A DNA stretch of 63,812 nucleotides, the filler included, from an uncultured bacterium (GTDB taxonomy: Bacteria; CAZSTA01), in the NCBI GenBank assembly GCA_964609495.1. It is 3 parts of 3 records of this genome, joined end to end, with 100 filler letters (N's around TTAATTAATTAA, not from the genome) between each part and the next. Parts side by side here need not be neighbours in the genome. Positions count along the whole stretch, not along the records: positions 1 to 22,064 come from CAZSTA010000039.1; positions 22,165 to 44,159 come from CAZSTA010000040.1; 1 more part is not named here. One strand, written 5' to 3'. Position 1 is the first letter of the stretch, and each line of letters starts with the position of its first letter. A program made the translations under genes and the position numbers. The notes beneath the pieces were generated by a model, which was not told the origin of the DNA, made no database searches, and saw only the letters and a program-made list of their open reading frames with translations. Below are positions 19,623 through 29,143 of the stretch, piece by piece.

Positions 19623-20951
19623 ATGTCTGATGATTTCTACCTGCTAGAGAATCCGGAATATACGATCTTCGATAGCCTAAGAGATTCTGTGAACTTCACT
19701 ATAAATAGAAACTTAACGACCTACAAAGGTCGTTATTGTGCTCATTCTTCCTTTGTGGATATCGAGGGTAATCCTCAACATTGGCATAATTTCGGCGATA
19801 TAGAGGGAGTAGGATGGGCCGCTAACGCGCTTGGGGCTGCTTGGGAACTCTACCACTATGCCACTTTCCTCAAGAACGAGAAGATCAGAGATATCGCTTT
19901 ATCTATCATTGACCACGCTTTATATAATGGCTTTGTAGATTTCGGTAAACACTTTGTAACCCCTTATCGTGATATCTCCGCCGATAAGTTCTATCTCAAT
20001 TACGAACATCAGGATAAATATAACAACTGGCTTTGCGCTGGCTCTCAAGCTAAGATCGCTTATCAATACCTGCTCTGTAGTGATTTGGTATCGGATTGGA
20101 GGAAGAAACGAGATTTAGAATTAGTTGCCCTAGATGTTGCGGAGTGGGTGGAGAGCATTGAATTAGCCCCTAACGGATGGTATCCTCGTCGCTCCACGGT
20201 GGAGGGTAAAGCTTATCCTAAGACCGCCGAAGGGGATAAAGATGATCCGATCTTCGCTTGCAGTGGAGATGGTTTATATGTCCTTCAGCTTTTCACCGAG
20301 ATGAATAGAAGAGAGATGAAGGATTATAGAGATACAATTAAGGAGAAGACCGAGCTATTTATTCAAGCGGGAGGATTCTTTGGGAGTATAAATCATGATA
20401 CTTATGACGAGAACGAATGTGTAGCTTATGCGGAAGCTTTTCTCATCCTAAAGGATGTCGCCGATTTCCTGGATGATTATAAAATCCTCGAGTTCGCTTA
20501 TGAGAGATGTTTAGCTGGTTTAGAGCGATATGAGATGAAGGAGGATAGGAATGGAGTAGCTACTAAGGGATTGCTTTATATGGAGGACTCGTGGGATACA
20601 GCTTATCTGTGGGAGAATGCTCAAGCCTCGTGGGCTTATCTTGTAGCTTATAAGCATACCTCGAATCGGGAATATCTCAAGAAAGCTTTGACTATACTCA
20701 GAGCGATAGCTAAGCATCATCACGGAGATTATGGCTTTTTAACGGAAGGTGTTGATTGGAACAATCACGTAAGTGCAGTTCATCACTTCGATGAGGCGGA
20801 ATATGGAGATATCAAATATACTGAGCCATTCTTGAACAATATGCACATCGTTACTCCAACTCTATACTACTTGAATAACTTCGCTATCAGAGAGGAAGCA
20901 TATTATGATCTTGAATCAGAGGTATTTCTAGTTAAGGTGGGGAAGAATTAA
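19623..20951 (+). CDS. Hypothetical protein, probable (alpha/alpha)6 six-hairpin glycosidase-like fold
   Basis: Aromatic/acidic helical repeats (AYKHTSNREYLKKA, WDTAYLWEN, GFLTEGVDW); sugar-locus context; strong SD. Confidence 0.55.
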   Translation: MSDDFYLLENPEYTIFDSLRDSVNFTINRNLTTYKGRYCAHSSFVDIEGNPQHWHNFGDIEGVGWAANALGAAWELYHYATFLKNEKIRDIALSIIDHALYNGFVDFGKHFVTPYRDISADKFYLNYEHQDKYNNWLCAGSQAKIAYQYLLCSDLVSDWRKKRDLELVALDVAEWVESIELAPNGWYPRRSTVEGKAYPKTAEGDKDDPIFACSGDGLYVLQLFTEMNRREMKDYRDTIKEKTELFIQAGGFFGSINHDTYDENECVAYAEAFLILKDVADFLDDYKILEFAYERCLAGLERYEMKEDRNGVATKGLLYMEDSWDTAYLWENAQASWAYLVAYKHTSNREYLKKALTILRAIAKHHHGDYGFLTEGVDWNNHVSAVHHFDEAEYGDIKYTEPFLNNMHIVTPTLYYLNNFAIREEAYYDLESEVFLVKVGKN

Positions 20952-21024
20952 ATAAGAAGGAGATTGACAGTAAAAACTTCGTAAATCCTTATATCGAAAT
21001 TCCAGGCTTGGCAAATCCGATCTC

Positions 21025-21059
21025 TTGCCAGAAATACTCAAAGGTGTTATAATACCTTT
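21025..21059 (+). promoter_or_regulatory. Toxin-antitoxin promoter with overlapping palindromic operator
   Basis: TTGCCA-17-TATAAT; AAAGGTGTT-AT-AATACCTTT inverted repeat across the -10. Confidence 0.6.
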
Positions 21060-21074
21060 AGAGATCAAGAAACA

Positions 21075-21407
21075 ATGGAGGATATTATGGGAAGGACTAT
21101 AACTGTTGATGAACTAAGCACCAATATGGATGATATCCTAAGGCAAGCTAAGGACGAGGATATCCTCATTAAGACCTCTGAGGGGAATACAGTTGTAATT
21201 ATCGCTCTGAAAGAGTATGAGGAACTTCTCAGGCTGAAGAAGGAGGCGGAGCGGAGCAAGCGATTTGCCCTCCTAAGACAAGCTGCTGAGGAAAACGCCA
21301 AATTTAACAAGCTCACCGAAGAGGAAGCTTATAAGCTAGTAGAGCAGGTCAGGGAGGAAATTTATCAGGAGAAGGTAAAAGCTGTTAAGGAAGGGGAAGA
21401 GCAATAA
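21075..21407 (+). CDS. Phd/YefM-family antitoxin
   Basis: ITVDELSTNMDDILRQA...ILIK...VVIIALKEYEEL; directly upstream of a PIN gene. Confidence 0.75.
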   Translation: MEDIMGRTITVDELSTNMDDILRQAKDEDILIKTSEGNTVVIIALKEYEELLRLKKEAERSKRFALLRQAAEENAKFNKLTEEEAYKLVEQVREEIYQEKVKAVKEGEEQ

Positions 21408-21826
21408 TTCGAGTCGTCATAGATACCAACGTCATAATAAGCTCTCTCCTCACTAAGGGTGAGACTATATCCAAACTGCTCGGTTCCTGGGAAGGGAGGG
21501 AGTTTATCTACTTAATCTCTCCTCAGCTCATAGATGAGGTAAAAGAGGTAATTAGTCGTCCAAAGATAACAGAGATGTTAGTTAGTGATCCCAACAGATT
21601 GCTCGACTCCATAGAGAATGACACAGAGAGGGTGGCTGGGAAGCTCAGCATAACAGGTATCTGTAGGGATCCTAAGGATGATAAGCTCCTCGCTTGTGCT
21701 GTGGAGGGCAACGCTGACTATATCGTCACAGGCGATATAGATATACTTGATATAGGAAGCTATAAAGGCGTTAAGATAGTAACTCCGAAGGATTTCCTCG
21801 CTCTCAAGATTATCAGTGATCATTGA
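21404..21826 (+). CDS. PIN-domain (VapC-like) toxin with non-canonical ATA/ATT start
   Basis: Frame reads IIRVVIDTNVIISSL...CRDPKDDKLLACAVEGNADYIVTGD; in-frame stop at 21386 excludes an upstream start. Confidence 0.8.
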   Translation: MIRVVIDTNVIISSLLTKGETISKLLGSWEGREFIYLISPQLIDEVKEVISRPKITEMLVSDPNRLLDSIENDTERVAGKLSITGICRDPKDDKLLACAVEGNADYIVTGDIDILDIGSYKGVKIVTPKDFLALKIISDH

Positions 21827-21948
21827 TGAATACACTTGGAGAGATACTTTATATTTCATAGATCTTCAGAATGAAAATCATTTATGCTCTGATATCATAT
21901 ATTAACCTATTCCCAGCAAGAAATTTTAATTCTTACCATTACTAAAGT

Positions 21949-22064
21949 AAGCATGTAGAATATTGTGCTAGCAGATTTGGATTTGAATTTCCTTAAATCA
22001 CCCTCCCGCCAAGGGAGGGGGAACTAAAGAGATCGAGCTTATCTCGATGTTCCCTCTCCCCTCG
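21949..22064. mobile_element. Family A element, left part, cut by contig end
   Basis: Near-identical to 19329-19430 but lacks the 54-bp insert. Confidence 0.75.
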
Positions 22065-22164
22065 NNNNNNNNNNNNNNNNNNNNNNNNNNNNNNNNNNNN
22101 NNNNNNNNTTAATTAATTAANNNNNNNNNNNNNNNNNNNNNNNNNNNNNNNNNNNNNNNNNNNN
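22065..22164. other. Artificial contig linker
   Basis: N44-TTAATTAATTAA-N44. Confidence 0.97.
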
Positions 22165-23835
22165 AATAGGATCCAGATATTTGACTCAAGGGGACGAATC
22201 AAAAGGATCTTCGGTGAACCAGGTAACGATCTGGGGCAGTTCTACCAGCCTAGAGGAATAGCCTTAGATAAATCCAATAATATTTATATAGCTGATACGA
22301 GTAACCATCGCCTTCAAAAGCTCAATTCGAGTGGTAAAGATGGAGTAAAATTTGATTCTTCAAGTGAGATGCCTCTTAAGCTCTATCATCCTAGAGGGGT
22401 CGCTATTGATAAAGAGGGTCGTGTTCTTGTAACCGATAGCTCTAAAAATCGTTTATTGATAATTTCCCCTACCACCCTGCTCTTAAACGAAGCTTGGGAG
22501 TTTGTAAATCTCTCTTCTCGGGCTGAGGCGGAGGAGAGAGAGAGCCTTTTAAGGGAAGCTTTAAAGAAGTTGGATTCCGCTCTTGAAATAGATCCTCAAT
22601 TGAACTCCGCTAATTATATGGAGGGATTGATATACGAGAAGTTGGGGGATAAGAAATCTGCGATTAACTCTTATCGTAAGATATTAAAGGATAGAGAATA
22701 TCCAGCGCTAACTAGAATAGTGGCTGTCTATATTAGACCTTACCTCACCTTGCTTCTTTCTGCGATTCTGATGATCCTGCTTATAATAGTAGCTAATAGA
22801 TATAGAGTGAGGAGAGTTGAGAGACTGTGGAAGGAAGGTCAGAGCCATGAGAGAGAGGATAATCTTAGTAGAGCCATTGTTTGTTATGAGGGAATTTTAA
22901 AATTAAGTCCTAGTCATTTGGAGGCGTGTAAGGCGCTAAGTGGGATCTATGAGAGCGAGGGATTGAAGGAGAAAGCGCTTCGGATCAATAGGAAAATAGA
23001 GGTGTTAGAGCCAACCAATTTGACAGTTCGGATATTTTTAGCTAGGGAATATGTCAAGAATGAGCTTAATGAGGATGCTGAGAGGGAATGTTTGAAAATT
23101 ATCGAGCTAGATCCCGGGAATCCAGAGGCTCACTTCTATTTAGGCACTATATATTCTAAACGCAATAGATTAGATTCTGCGTTGAGCGAGTATCAAAAAG
23201 CTCTTAAAGCTGGCTTTGAAGATTCATCTCTGCATTATAAATTAGGCGATATCTACGCTAAGAAGGGGTTAAACGAGGAGGCGGCAACTGAGTTAAAGGA
23301 GGCTTTGAAGATCGATCCTAATAATAATAAGGCCCTCAAGCTTCTCTCAGAAGCTCAAGATTCCCTGGTAGATATCTATTATCAGGAGGGTCTCTCAGCT
23401 TATCAGGAAGGACTCTATGAACAAGCTATTCAGAAGTGGAGCAAAGTTCGAGAGTTAGATCCTGATTATGAGGAGGTAAATATTCATTTTAAGGTAGCGA
23501 AACAGGAGATATCAGATTTCTATTATAAGAGAGGAATGAAATTATGTGAAGAGGGGGAGCTTACTGAGGCTATAGGAGAGTTCGAAAGAGCCCTCCAGAT
23601 CAATCCTAATGAGCAACTTCGCGGACAATTGCTTTCTGCTCAGGTCAGTTACAATTATGAGAAGGGCTTGGAGAAGTATAAAAGTGGTGATTATGAAGAG
23701 GCTGTCGAGTTATTTAAGAAGACTCTAGAGTTTGATCCGAAACATACGGAGGCTCGGAGACATCTGAACTATGCTTTGCGCTGTTTAGAGGGTGAATTTC
23801 ACGATAGATTCGATCGCTTAGACTTCTCGAATTAG
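22165..23835 (+). CDS. NHL-repeat, TM and multiple-TPR protein (5' truncated at contig start)
   Basis: Frame open from 22165: GQFYQPRGIALD..NIYIADTSNHRLQ NHL repeats, TM segment LLLSAILMILLIIVA, TPR array. Confidence 0.85.
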   Translation, partial: NRIQIFDSRGRIKRIFGEPGNDLGQFYQPRGIALDKSNNIYIADTSNHRLQKLNSSGKDGVKFDSSSEMPLKLYHPRGVAIDKEGRVLVTDSSKNRLLIISPTTLLLNEAWEFVNLSSRAEAEERESLLREALKKLDSALEIDPQLNSANYMEGLIYEKLGDKKSAINSYRKILKDREYPALTRIVAVYIRPYLTLLLSAILMILLIIVANRYRVRRVERLWKEGQSHEREDNLSRAIVCYEGILKLSPSHLEACKALSGIYESEGLKEKALRINRKIEVLEPTNLTVRIFLAREYVKNELNEDAERECLKIIELDPGNPEAHFYLGTIYSKRNRLDSALSEYQKALKAGFEDSSLHYKLGDIYAKKGLNEEAATELKEALKIDPNNNKALKLLSEAQDSLVDIYYQEGLSAYQEGLYEQAIQKWSKVRELDPDYEEVNIHFKVAKQEISDFYYKRGMKLCEEGELTEAIGEFERALQINPNEQLRGQLLSAQVSYNYEKGLEKYKSGDYEEAVELFKKTLEFDPKHTEARRHLNYALRCLEGEFHDRFDRLDFSN

Positions 23836-23847
23836 CGAGATCACGAG

Positions 23848-23886
23848 AGCACGAAGTCAGCTTTTCAGCGATTTCGTGCTTTTTTA
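23848..23886 (+). terminator. Putative intrinsic terminator
   Basis: AGCACGAA...TTCGTGCT stem plus T-run. Confidence 0.5.
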
Positions 23887-23923
23887 TTTATGGATAAAGG
23901 AAACTTTTAAAAGGGGGAGAGCA

Positions 23924-25375
23924 ATGGCTGATGAATTAGTTGCGGGATTAGATGTAGGAACTCAAGGGGCGAGATTGATCATGTGCGATGATAGAGGAAA
24001 TATAGTTGCCGAGGCTTATTCTCCTTTGAGATTGGAGATCGAGGAGGAACTTCCCCCAGGTTGGTCCGAGCAGGATCCTGATGATTGGTGGACGGCGACT
24101 AAAGAGTGTATAGAAAAGGTAAGAAAGTCTTTATCCAATCTCCAAGATATAATTGCGATAACTGTTGATTCCACCTCGGGAACGGTCGTCCCTATCGGTG
24201 AGGATAACATCCCTTTACGCCGCGCTATTATGTATAATGATAATAGATCACAGGAAGAGGCGGATATAGTTAATGATTATGGACGAGATATCGCCACTAA
24301 ATTGGGCTACAAATTCAAACCCTCCTTTGCCCTTCCCAAGATGCTTTGGATTAAGAGAAACGAGCCTGACATATTCGAGAAAGTAGGGAAGTTCCTTCAC
24401 GCGGCTGATTTCTTAGCAGGCAAACTGACCGGGGATTATTCTCATTCGGATACCTCTAACTCCCTGAAAGCTGGCTATGATCTGGTCGATGATAGGTGGC
24501 CCAAATTCATATTCGATAAATTGGATATACCCGAGGCGATGTTACCCCAGGTAGTTAAGCCTGGGACGATTATTGGGCATATAAGCAAGGAGATCGCTTG
24601 GGAAACTGGATTATCCGAAAGCACAAAAGTTTCCGCTGGGGCTACGGATGGAACGGCCTCCTTTCTCTCCTCTTCTGCCGTGAAGGTAGGGGAGTTTAAC
24701 ACTACCCTGGGGACGACTTTAGTAGTGCGGGGCGTATCTCCTGAGGTAATTCGAGATGAGAAAGGGAGAATCTATTGTCATGCGCATCCCGAAGGGTATT
24801 GGTTACCCGGAGGAGCTAGTAGCACTGGGGGAGAGTGTTTGGCGATTAAATTCAAGGGTAGGGAATTGGAGAAGCTAGATAGAGAGGCGATGAATCATAT
24901 CCCTACGAATTTGTTGATCTATCCCTTAGTGAGGAAGGGGGAGAGATTGCCCTTTAACAATACTTCCGCTCAAGGCTTCATAGTTGGCGATCCCAAGAAT
25001 GAGGCGAAGCTCTACGCAGGATATCTGGAGGGGGTTGGTTTTGTAGAACGCTGGATATACGATGTTTTGGAGGAGTTAGGGGCAGTTGTAGGAGAGAGGA
25101 TATATACCTCTGGAGGAGGAAGTAAGAGCAAGGAATGGATTCAGATCCGAGCGGATATATTGAACAAGACCCTGGTTAGACCGAGGATAGTGGAATCGGC
25201 TTTCGGAGCGGCTTTGATCTCCGCCTCGGCGGTCCTTTACGAGGGCTTCACCGAAGCGGCTCAAAATATGGTGCAGATAGATACAATCGTAAACCCCGAT
25301 CCTGAGAGAGCTGAGATCTATCAGGAGAGATATAGGAAATTTAGAGAGGAATGTTCCATAAGAGGATATTACTAA
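23924..25375 (+). CDS. FGGY-family carbohydrate kinase (xylulokinase-like)
   Basis: GLDVGTQG, WSEQDPDDWW, AIMYNDNR, TLGTT, SGGGSKS; ATG 23924 after GGGGGAG. Confidence 0.92.
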   Translation: MADELVAGLDVGTQGARLIMCDDRGNIVAEAYSPLRLEIEEELPPGWSEQDPDDWWTATKECIEKVRKSLSNLQDIIAITVDSTSGTVVPIGEDNIPLRRAIMYNDNRSQEEADIVNDYGRDIATKLGYKFKPSFALPKMLWIKRNEPDIFEKVGKFLHAADFLAGKLTGDYSHSDTSNSLKAGYDLVDDRWPKFIFDKLDIPEAMLPQVVKPGTIIGHISKEIAWETGLSESTKVSAGATDGTASFLSSSAVKVGEFNTTLGTTLVVRGVSPEVIRDEKGRIYCHAHPEGYWLPGGASSTGGECLAIKFKGRELEKLDREAMNHIPTNLLIYPLVRKGERLPFNNTSAQGFIVGDPKNEAKLYAGYLEGVGFVERWIYDVLEELGAVVGERIYTSGGGSKSKEWIQIRADILNKTLVRPRIVESAFGAALISASAVLYEGFTEAAQNMVQIDTIVNPDPERAEIYQERYRKFREECSIRGYY

Positions 25376-25604
25376 TCGATCTGATATCTATGAGATGGTT
25401 AAAAAGGACTGAAGGAAGGCAAAGAAGATAGCTCTCCAGCTAAAAGAAGAGCTTTTCTTTTTGTGTTAGCACTCCCAACGAGCTGAGGGAGTGAGGAGAT
25501 GAATAAAAATGTGTATTTTTTATACGAATTGGCTTAATCCTTTGACAGCACTCTTATTTTATCGGACAATAAAGCTCGAGTGGCACATTAAAAATGAGAA
25601 TTTA

Positions 25605-26525
25605 ATGAAAAAGAAATTAAAAAAAACTCTTTACAAAGATATTATTAGACTAAGGAAAAATAGAGATATTCCTAACATTTATGATGTAGAGATGGAGAAT
25701 ATTGAACAACTCAAAAAATACGATTTCCTTGAATGCCATATAGTTATTTATCCTTACAGCAGGAAAATATCCTCAGAAAATATTGAATTCCATCCTTTTG
25801 AGGAATATGTTAAAGATATCTTAACACACCATAGATCAGCATACATAAGGGTCAGCAGTCATTTTAACGAAATTTTTGGATTGTTCTTAGGTATTATTAT
25901 TACAATACTTTTTGCTATCTTCAAACGAGAAGAGCTTTTTTCTATTGAATCTATAGTTTCTGTATTTGGAGCTTACATAATTGGAAAAGAGCTTTGGGAT
26001 GATATCGAGAGGATGCTGGTAAATATTTCGAAAGAACGGAAAATACGTTATCTTGAAAGCTACTATCTTTACCAGTTAGAAAAACATACCACGTTGACCT
26101 ATTATTCATATTTGGCTAAAAGTCGCAGATATGGAAAATGGACTTTGCTCCCAGAGAAGATGGATTTTATTCAACAAAGTAATTCTCAAACAATAAGAAT
26201 GAATTTCAATATAAGCGACCTCAGATCATTTGAGGAAAGTTCAGCTCATATTTTATCGATTCATATAGCCCCCTCCTTGTTAAAAGATTTTGAGAATGAT
26301 GGTTTTATGTTTGGAGTCAAGCTAAGTTTCAATAAAAGCTTTTTTGGACTTGTGCGATGTTTTGAACTTTTCCAATCGCTCGATGGAAACTCAAAGGGAT
26401 GTTTGGATGAAAAAGGCGAGTGGATTCAAGAAGCAGTATTTTATAGGAATACTTTTCTATTGGGAAAACTTAAATATTTTATGGATAGTGGGCTAATTTA
26501 TAGAGAGAGTATCATTGGCTTTTGA
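25605..26525 (+). CDS. Hypothetical AT-rich membrane-anchored protein
   Basis: Long ORF with hydrophobic hairpin IFGLFLGIIITILFAIF/SIVSVFGAYII; start uncertain (25509 or 25605). Confidence 0.6.
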   Translation: MKKKLKKTLYKDIIRLRKNRDIPNIYDVEMENIEQLKKYDFLECHIVIYPYSRKISSENIEFHPFEEYVKDILTHHRSAYIRVSSHFNEIFGLFLGIIITILFAIFKREELFSIESIVSVFGAYIIGKELWDDIERMLVNISKERKIRYLESYYLYQLEKHTTLTYYSYLAKSRRYGKWTLLPEKMDFIQQSNSQTIRMNFNISDLRSFEESSAHILSIHIAPSLLKDFENDGFMFGVKLSFNKSFFGLVRCFELFQSLDGNSKGCLDEKGEWIQEAVFYRNTFLLGKLKYFMDSGLIYRESIIGF

Positions 26526-26640
26526 AGTAAGCATTTCCAATTTACTTGAGGGGTGATCATAACTAATCACAGATTATCATTTATGTTCCCTCTCCCCTCG
26601 TGGGAGAGGGCTAGGGTGAGGGGGAGATTATATCTTGAAC
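26526..26640. repeat. Degenerate family A element with REP-like core
   Basis: AGTAAGCAT end plus TGTTCCCTCTCCCCTCGTGGGAGAGGGCTAGGGTGAGGGG at 26584-26623. Confidence 0.65.
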
Positions 26641-26699
26641 TCACTTAGGAATATTTATTCTCTACTTTTCCTCCCTCTCAAAAGAAATTAAAAAACGTA

Positions 26700-26728
26700 T
26701 TGATTTTTGATTTTATATATGATATAAT
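26700..26728 (+). promoter_or_regulatory. sigma70-type promoter for the second sugar ABC operon
   Basis: TTGATT-17nt-TATAAT with TG extension. Confidence 0.55.
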
Positions 26729-26861
26729 ACCCCTAAAGCAAATATCAGATTCATCGGGAAACTTTGAAATTTTCTTTGAAAGGAGGGATTCCGTAAGATA
26801 AAACTTATATTTTGAAGATTTCGACGTAAATAGAAGTATAAATTGAAAAGGAGGCATTTAA

Positions 26862-28172
26862 ATGTTAAAGAGAAAAGGTTTTGTTTATCTAGCTTTAGTG
26901 ACTTTTGTAATGGCGGGAATGCTTCTTACGGCAAGCCCAGCGATGGCCAAGGCAACCCTTCGTATTTGGTGTCATGGCTTTGCTCCTCATATAAATGGCT
27001 ATACCGCGCTTAGTAAAATCTTTATGGAGGCCAATCCTGATATTGAGATAAAAGTAGAAGGCCAAGCTGATATAGTAACGAAGATAAAATCGGGGATCGC
27101 GGCCGGGGTTGCGGCGGATATGTTTACGCCTCGAGGAGAGGACTTCCTTGAATTTGTGTTGGCGAAAGCGATTACTCCTGTCCCTGATGAGATACTCTCC
27201 ATAGAAGAGTTGAAGGAGACGATGTGGCCGGAGTATTATCTGCAAGCTCCCTTCGATCAAGTATACGCAATTGGTATTCCAGACCCTATCGGAGATGCGG
27301 GATTTGCTATCAATATCGATATATTTGAGGAGGCTGGTTTAGAGGTTTTGGGGAAATTCGATAGCCTCGATCAATTGCTCGATTATGCTCAGAAACTAAA
27401 GAAAGAAGATGAGCAAGGGAATTTAATAAGAGCTGGATTGAGCTGTCGAGAGTACAATAACCAAGTTTTCTTCTGGGATTTCGTCGCTGAACAGGGAGGA
27501 CACTTCTACGATAATGAGACGGATCTTTTCGATTATACCATCCCTGAGGCAAAGAATGCTTTGCAGTTCTTCTATGACCTTCACTATAAATATAAAGTTG
27601 ATGACATAAAACTTCCCGATAGCTTCGATGCACTCTCTCAGCAGGTTGCGGCGATGGCTTTTATGTGGGCTGAGTATGTGCCTTTCTCCAAGATAAACTA
27701 TCCCGAATCCAACTTCGGCTTTATAGTCAAGCCAGCCTTTGTCGAGGGAGTAGATCCAATGTTCTCTCACGTTGATAGCTGGAACCTTGCCGTCTATTCC
27801 AAGTGCAAGAATAAAGATGAGGCTTTCAAGTTCCTGGCATATTTGAAGACTCCTGAAGCTCAGGGGATCTTCCTTCAGGAGAATCCGGGGATTCCTCCTC
27901 TGAAGGAGTTAATCGATGATCCATTCTTTGAGACTGAGAGGGGCGCATTCCTCAAGGCTCTTACCGAGTTCGTCCCCGGTATGAAATTCTGGGGTCCATT
28001 CGGCAACGACAGCATCGTAAAAGAGAGCTTATATAAGGTTATGGATGCGGTCGAACATCAGACGCTCTCGGTGGATGATGGGCTGAAACAGATGACTGAT
28101 GAGTGTAACCACGCTATCGAGCTGTTCCGGGAGAAATATCCTGACTTCCAGAAGCCGGATATCCAGTATTAA
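26862..28172 (+). CDS. Carbohydrate ABC transporter substrate-binding protein
   Basis: Signal peptide ending PAMA, INIDIFEEAGL, KNKDEAFKFLAYL; precedes permeases. Confidence 0.9.
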   Translation: MLKRKGFVYLALVTFVMAGMLLTASPAMAKATLRIWCHGFAPHINGYTALSKIFMEANPDIEIKVEGQADIVTKIKSGIAAGVAADMFTPRGEDFLEFVLAKAITPVPDEILSIEELKETMWPEYYLQAPFDQVYAIGIPDPIGDAGFAINIDIFEEAGLEVLGKFDSLDQLLDYAQKLKKEDEQGNLIRAGLSCREYNNQVFFWDFVAEQGGHFYDNETDLFDYTIPEAKNALQFFYDLHYKYKVDDIKLPDSFDALSQQVAAMAFMWAEYVPFSKINYPESNFGFIVKPAFVEGVDPMFSHVDSWNLAVYSKCKNKDEAFKFLAYLKTPEAQGIFLQENPGIPPLKELIDDPFFETERGAFLKALTEFVPGMKFWGPFGNDSIVKESLYKVMDAVEHQTLSVDDGLKQMTDECNHAIELFREKYPDFQKPDIQY

Positions 28173-28185
28173 ATCTGAGTTCTAC

Positions 28186-28217
28186 AGGCGAGTTGGAGCT
28201 CTTCTCCGACTCGCCTC
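28186..28217 (+). terminator. Stem-loop after binding-protein gene
   Basis: AGGCGAGTTGGAG...CTCCGACTCGCCT. Confidence 0.6.
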
Positions 28218-28243
28218 TTATTTTGAAAGGGAGACTCTAGATA

Positions 28244-29110
28244 ATGAAAAAAAATTATTTTCCTCTATTGGTTATAGCTCCTATAATAGGTTGGTATCTC
28301 CTCTTCTCTCTCTGGCCCGTGATAAATGCGGTGCGAACCAGCTTCTACGAATGGAACACCATAGATCCAGCTAATAGCCCTTTCGTCGGCTGGCGGAATT
28401 ACAAGGAGCTCATCGGCGATCCAGCTTTCAGAACTTCCTTTCGTAACACCTTCATTTATGTTATCTTAAGGACTGGGATTGGGATACCTCTTGCTTTAGC
28501 TATAGCTGTTCTTCTCTCCCAGATAGTTAAGGGAAGAAACGCCTTTATCTTCATTATCTTCATTCCCGCGGTATGTGCCGTAGCCGCTATGAGCGTGCTA
28601 TTCAAATGGCTCTATCAGCCTACCTTTGGTTTATTCAACGCTATTCTTAAGGCTTTAAGATTACCTCCCCAAGGCTTTTTAAGCGATTCCAAACAGGTTA
28701 TCTACTGGATAGTAGCTACCGATATATGGCAGGGATTGGGTTACGGAGTCATCCTCTTTATGGCTGGCATTATGGAGATCCCTGATGTATTCAAAGAGGC
28801 CGCTAAGATAGATGGAGCGAGTTCATGGCAGGTCTTCTGGAGAATAACTCTGCCTCTATTAAGTAATGTTACTCTGTTCGTAGTTGTGACTACCTTGATA
28901 GGTGCTTTTCAGGTATTCGATCGTATCGCCGTGATGACAGAAGGAGGTCCGGGCAAAAGCTCTTACGTGGTAGCCTACTTCATCTATCGCTATGGTATAT
29001 TTCATATGAGGGTAAGTTATGCTACTGCGGCGGCTATAATTATGTTTTTAGTGATTCTAGTCTTTACCGTATTCCAGATAAAGATCTTAAGACCTAAGTG
29101 GGAATATTAG
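28244..29110 (+). CDS. Carbohydrate ABC permease (MalF/UgpA-type)
   Basis: FVGWRNY, EAAKIDGAS, MTEGGPG. Confidence 0.94.
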   Translation: MKKNYFPLLVIAPIIGWYLLFSLWPVINAVRTSFYEWNTIDPANSPFVGWRNYKELIGDPAFRTSFRNTFIYVILRTGIGIPLALAIAVLLSQIVKGRNAFIFIIFIPAVCAVAAMSVLFKWLYQPTFGLFNAILKALRLPPQGFLSDSKQVIYWIVATDIWQGLGYGVILFMAGIMEIPDVFKEAAKIDGASSWQVFWRITLPLLSNVTLFVVVTTLIGAFQVFDRIAVMTEGGPGKSSYVVAYFIYRYGIFHMRVSYATAAAIIMFLVILVFTVFQIKILRPKWEY

Positions 29111-29143
29111 ATAAATACTTCCCGAGAGGAGTGACCCTAGGCG

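Noticed and set aside
21575-21826. 83-aa ORF as the complete toxin
   Set aside because: It is only the C-terminal part of the PIN domain, which begins at 21404.
22065-22164. TTAATTAATTAA motif inside N runs (also 44160-44259)
   Set aside because: Identical 100-bp artificial linker with stops in all frames; not biological, and cross-linker synteny is invalid.
25467-25497. TTAGCACTC, a CIRCE half-site
   Set aside because: The right arm GAGTGCTAA is missing at 9-nt spacing and no chaperone gene follows.
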